A stretch of 64,000 nucleotides of DNA, from assembly GCA_965243205.1 (NCBI GenBank), contig CBDEUK010000002.1, forward strand, positions 2,016,001 to 2,080,000, read 5' to 3'. The stretch comes from Gammaproteobacteria bacterium. Lineage in GTDB: Bacteria > Pseudomonadota > Gammaproteobacteria > Eutrophobiales > Eutrophobiaceae. Below are positions 62,836 through 64,000 of this stretch, piece after piece. Position 1 is the stretch's first letter, and each line of letters opens with the position of its first letter. Made by a program: the position numbers and the translations under genes. A model generated the notes under the pieces. The model worked only from the letters and a program-made list of their open reading frames with translations. It ran no database searches and was not told the DNA's origin.

Positions 62836-63999
62836 TTATCGTTCAAAAACAATATTGCCATTAACCAATGTTTTTACTACTTGCCCAGGTAAAGAAAAAT
62901 TATCAAACGCAGTGTTTTTACCTGCACTGATCATGTTATTTGGATTAATTGTGGAATTGTTGTTTGGATCGTATATGACGATGTCCGCGGTATTATTAGT
63001 TGATAAATGTCCTGATTCAATATTTAAAAATTTTGCAGGGTTAATAGTAACTGTTTTTAGTAAGGTCGTGATATCAAATGAATATTGTTCCATTAATGAC
63101 ATTAGTAATGGTAAGAAATGTTCGATGGATGATGCGCCTGGTTCAGTTAAACTGAAAGGAGCACTTTTTGCGTCGTCATCGTGAGGTTGATGATCTGAAC
63201 TGATGCAATCAATAACATCTTGTTTAATGCCTTCGATTAAAGCCAGTTTATCTTCTTCTGTTCTTAATGGAGGTCGTAAGTGACAAGCAGAGTTATAACC
63301 AGAGAGATCGTTTTCAGTTAGAAAAAGGTTGTGAATACTGACATCTGCTGTTATTGGTAGTTGTTTTAGTTTTGCTTCTTTAATAAGTTCAACAGATTTA
63401 GCAGATGATAAATGTGAAATATGAATTCGATGGCCAGTATATTCGGCTAATAAAATAGCTTGGCTGATGGCAGTTGTTTCTGCAATCGTTGGAATGCTAG
63501 GAAGACCTAACATTAAACTAATTTTACCTTCATGAGCTGTACCTTGTTTTCTAAGATTTTGATCTTCACAAAATAAGATCAAAGGCATATCAGTTGTGTG
63601 CGCGTATTCCATTGTCCTTCTTAATATTTCTGCATTATGGAAAGGAATATAGGCATTAGAAACAGCAACACAGCCGATGTTTTTTAATGCGTCCATTTCA
63701 CTTAGAGTTTGACCATCTAAGTTATTGGTTGCAGCAGCAATAGGTAAAACCTTGCAGTAGTTAGCCGCTTGGGCACGTTGATGGATTAATTCTGCAACAG
63801 CTGGAGTATCGATAATGGGGTTAGTATCAGGAGGACAGCATACTGTAGTAACACCGCCAACTACTGCAGCTTTTGATTCGGAGTGTATAGTCGCTTTATG
63901 TTGTTGCCCAGGTTCACGCATTCTTGCGCAAATATCAATTAAGCCTGGCAATACGAATTGATTGGAAGCATCAATGGTTTTATCTGGAGTAAAGTCATC
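62836..63999 (-). CDS. Dihydroorotase-like protein (PyrC'-type, probably inactive); 5' end outside window
   Basis: PGLID..A.MREPG, PPLR, SDHQPH, GKNTAF; frame open to window end. Confidence 0.85.
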   Translation of the reverse strand, partial: DDFTPDKTIDASNQFVLPGLIDICARMREPGQQHKATIHSESKAAVVGGVTTVCCPPDTNPIIDTPAVAELIHQRAQAANYCKVLPIAAATNNLDGQTLSEMDALKNIGCVAVSNAYIPFHNAEILRRTMEYAHTTDMPLILFCEDQNLRKQGTAHEGKISLMLGLPSIPTIAETTAISQAILLAEYTGHRIHISHLSSAKSVELIKEAKLKQLPITADVSIHNLFLTENDLSGYNSACHLRPPLRTEEDKLALIEGIKQDVIDCISSDHQPHDDDAKSAPFSLTEPGASSIEHFLPLLMSLMEQYSFDITTLLKTVTINPAKFLNIESGHLSTNNTADIVIYDPNNNSTINPNNMISAGKNTAFDNFSLPGQVVKTLVNGNIVFER

Positions 64000-64000
64000 A

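Overview
AT-rich chromosomal window from a gammaproteobacterium, probably aquatic and environmental (inferred from gene content and synteny). It is mostly housekeeping: the suf operon (sufB partial, sufCDS, sufU, sufT, Rieske ferredoxin), ndk-rlmN-pilW-rodZ-hisS-yfgM-bamB-der, rlmD, ydbH/ydbL-like genes, cysM-rimI-udg-leuA-pssA-psd-ilvCHI, proS, hda/purM, rpmBG, coaBC-algC-argB-slmA, pyrE/xth, yggT-proC-yggS and pilT plus two pilU-like genes. Reading the raw sequence adds features missing from the ORF track: rpmG, a Leu-rich leuA leader peptide, and an orphan pqqA under an apparent sigma-54 promoter with an IHF-like site and tandem palindromic enhancer sites. It also shows an ERIC-like 128-bp element abutting a truncated-globin start codon and a multi-hairpin repeat after der. 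The best candidates for undescribed biology are an AT-rich two-gene islet (small peptide plus cytosolic ClpP-fold SDH-family protease), a family-4 uracil-DNA glycosylase with a HolD(psi)-like N-terminal peptide at the holD position, the stand-alone pqqA unit, and an orphan exosortase pair. I saw no tRNA, rRNA, CRISPR array, integrase or transposase. All calls come from motif recognition without database searches.
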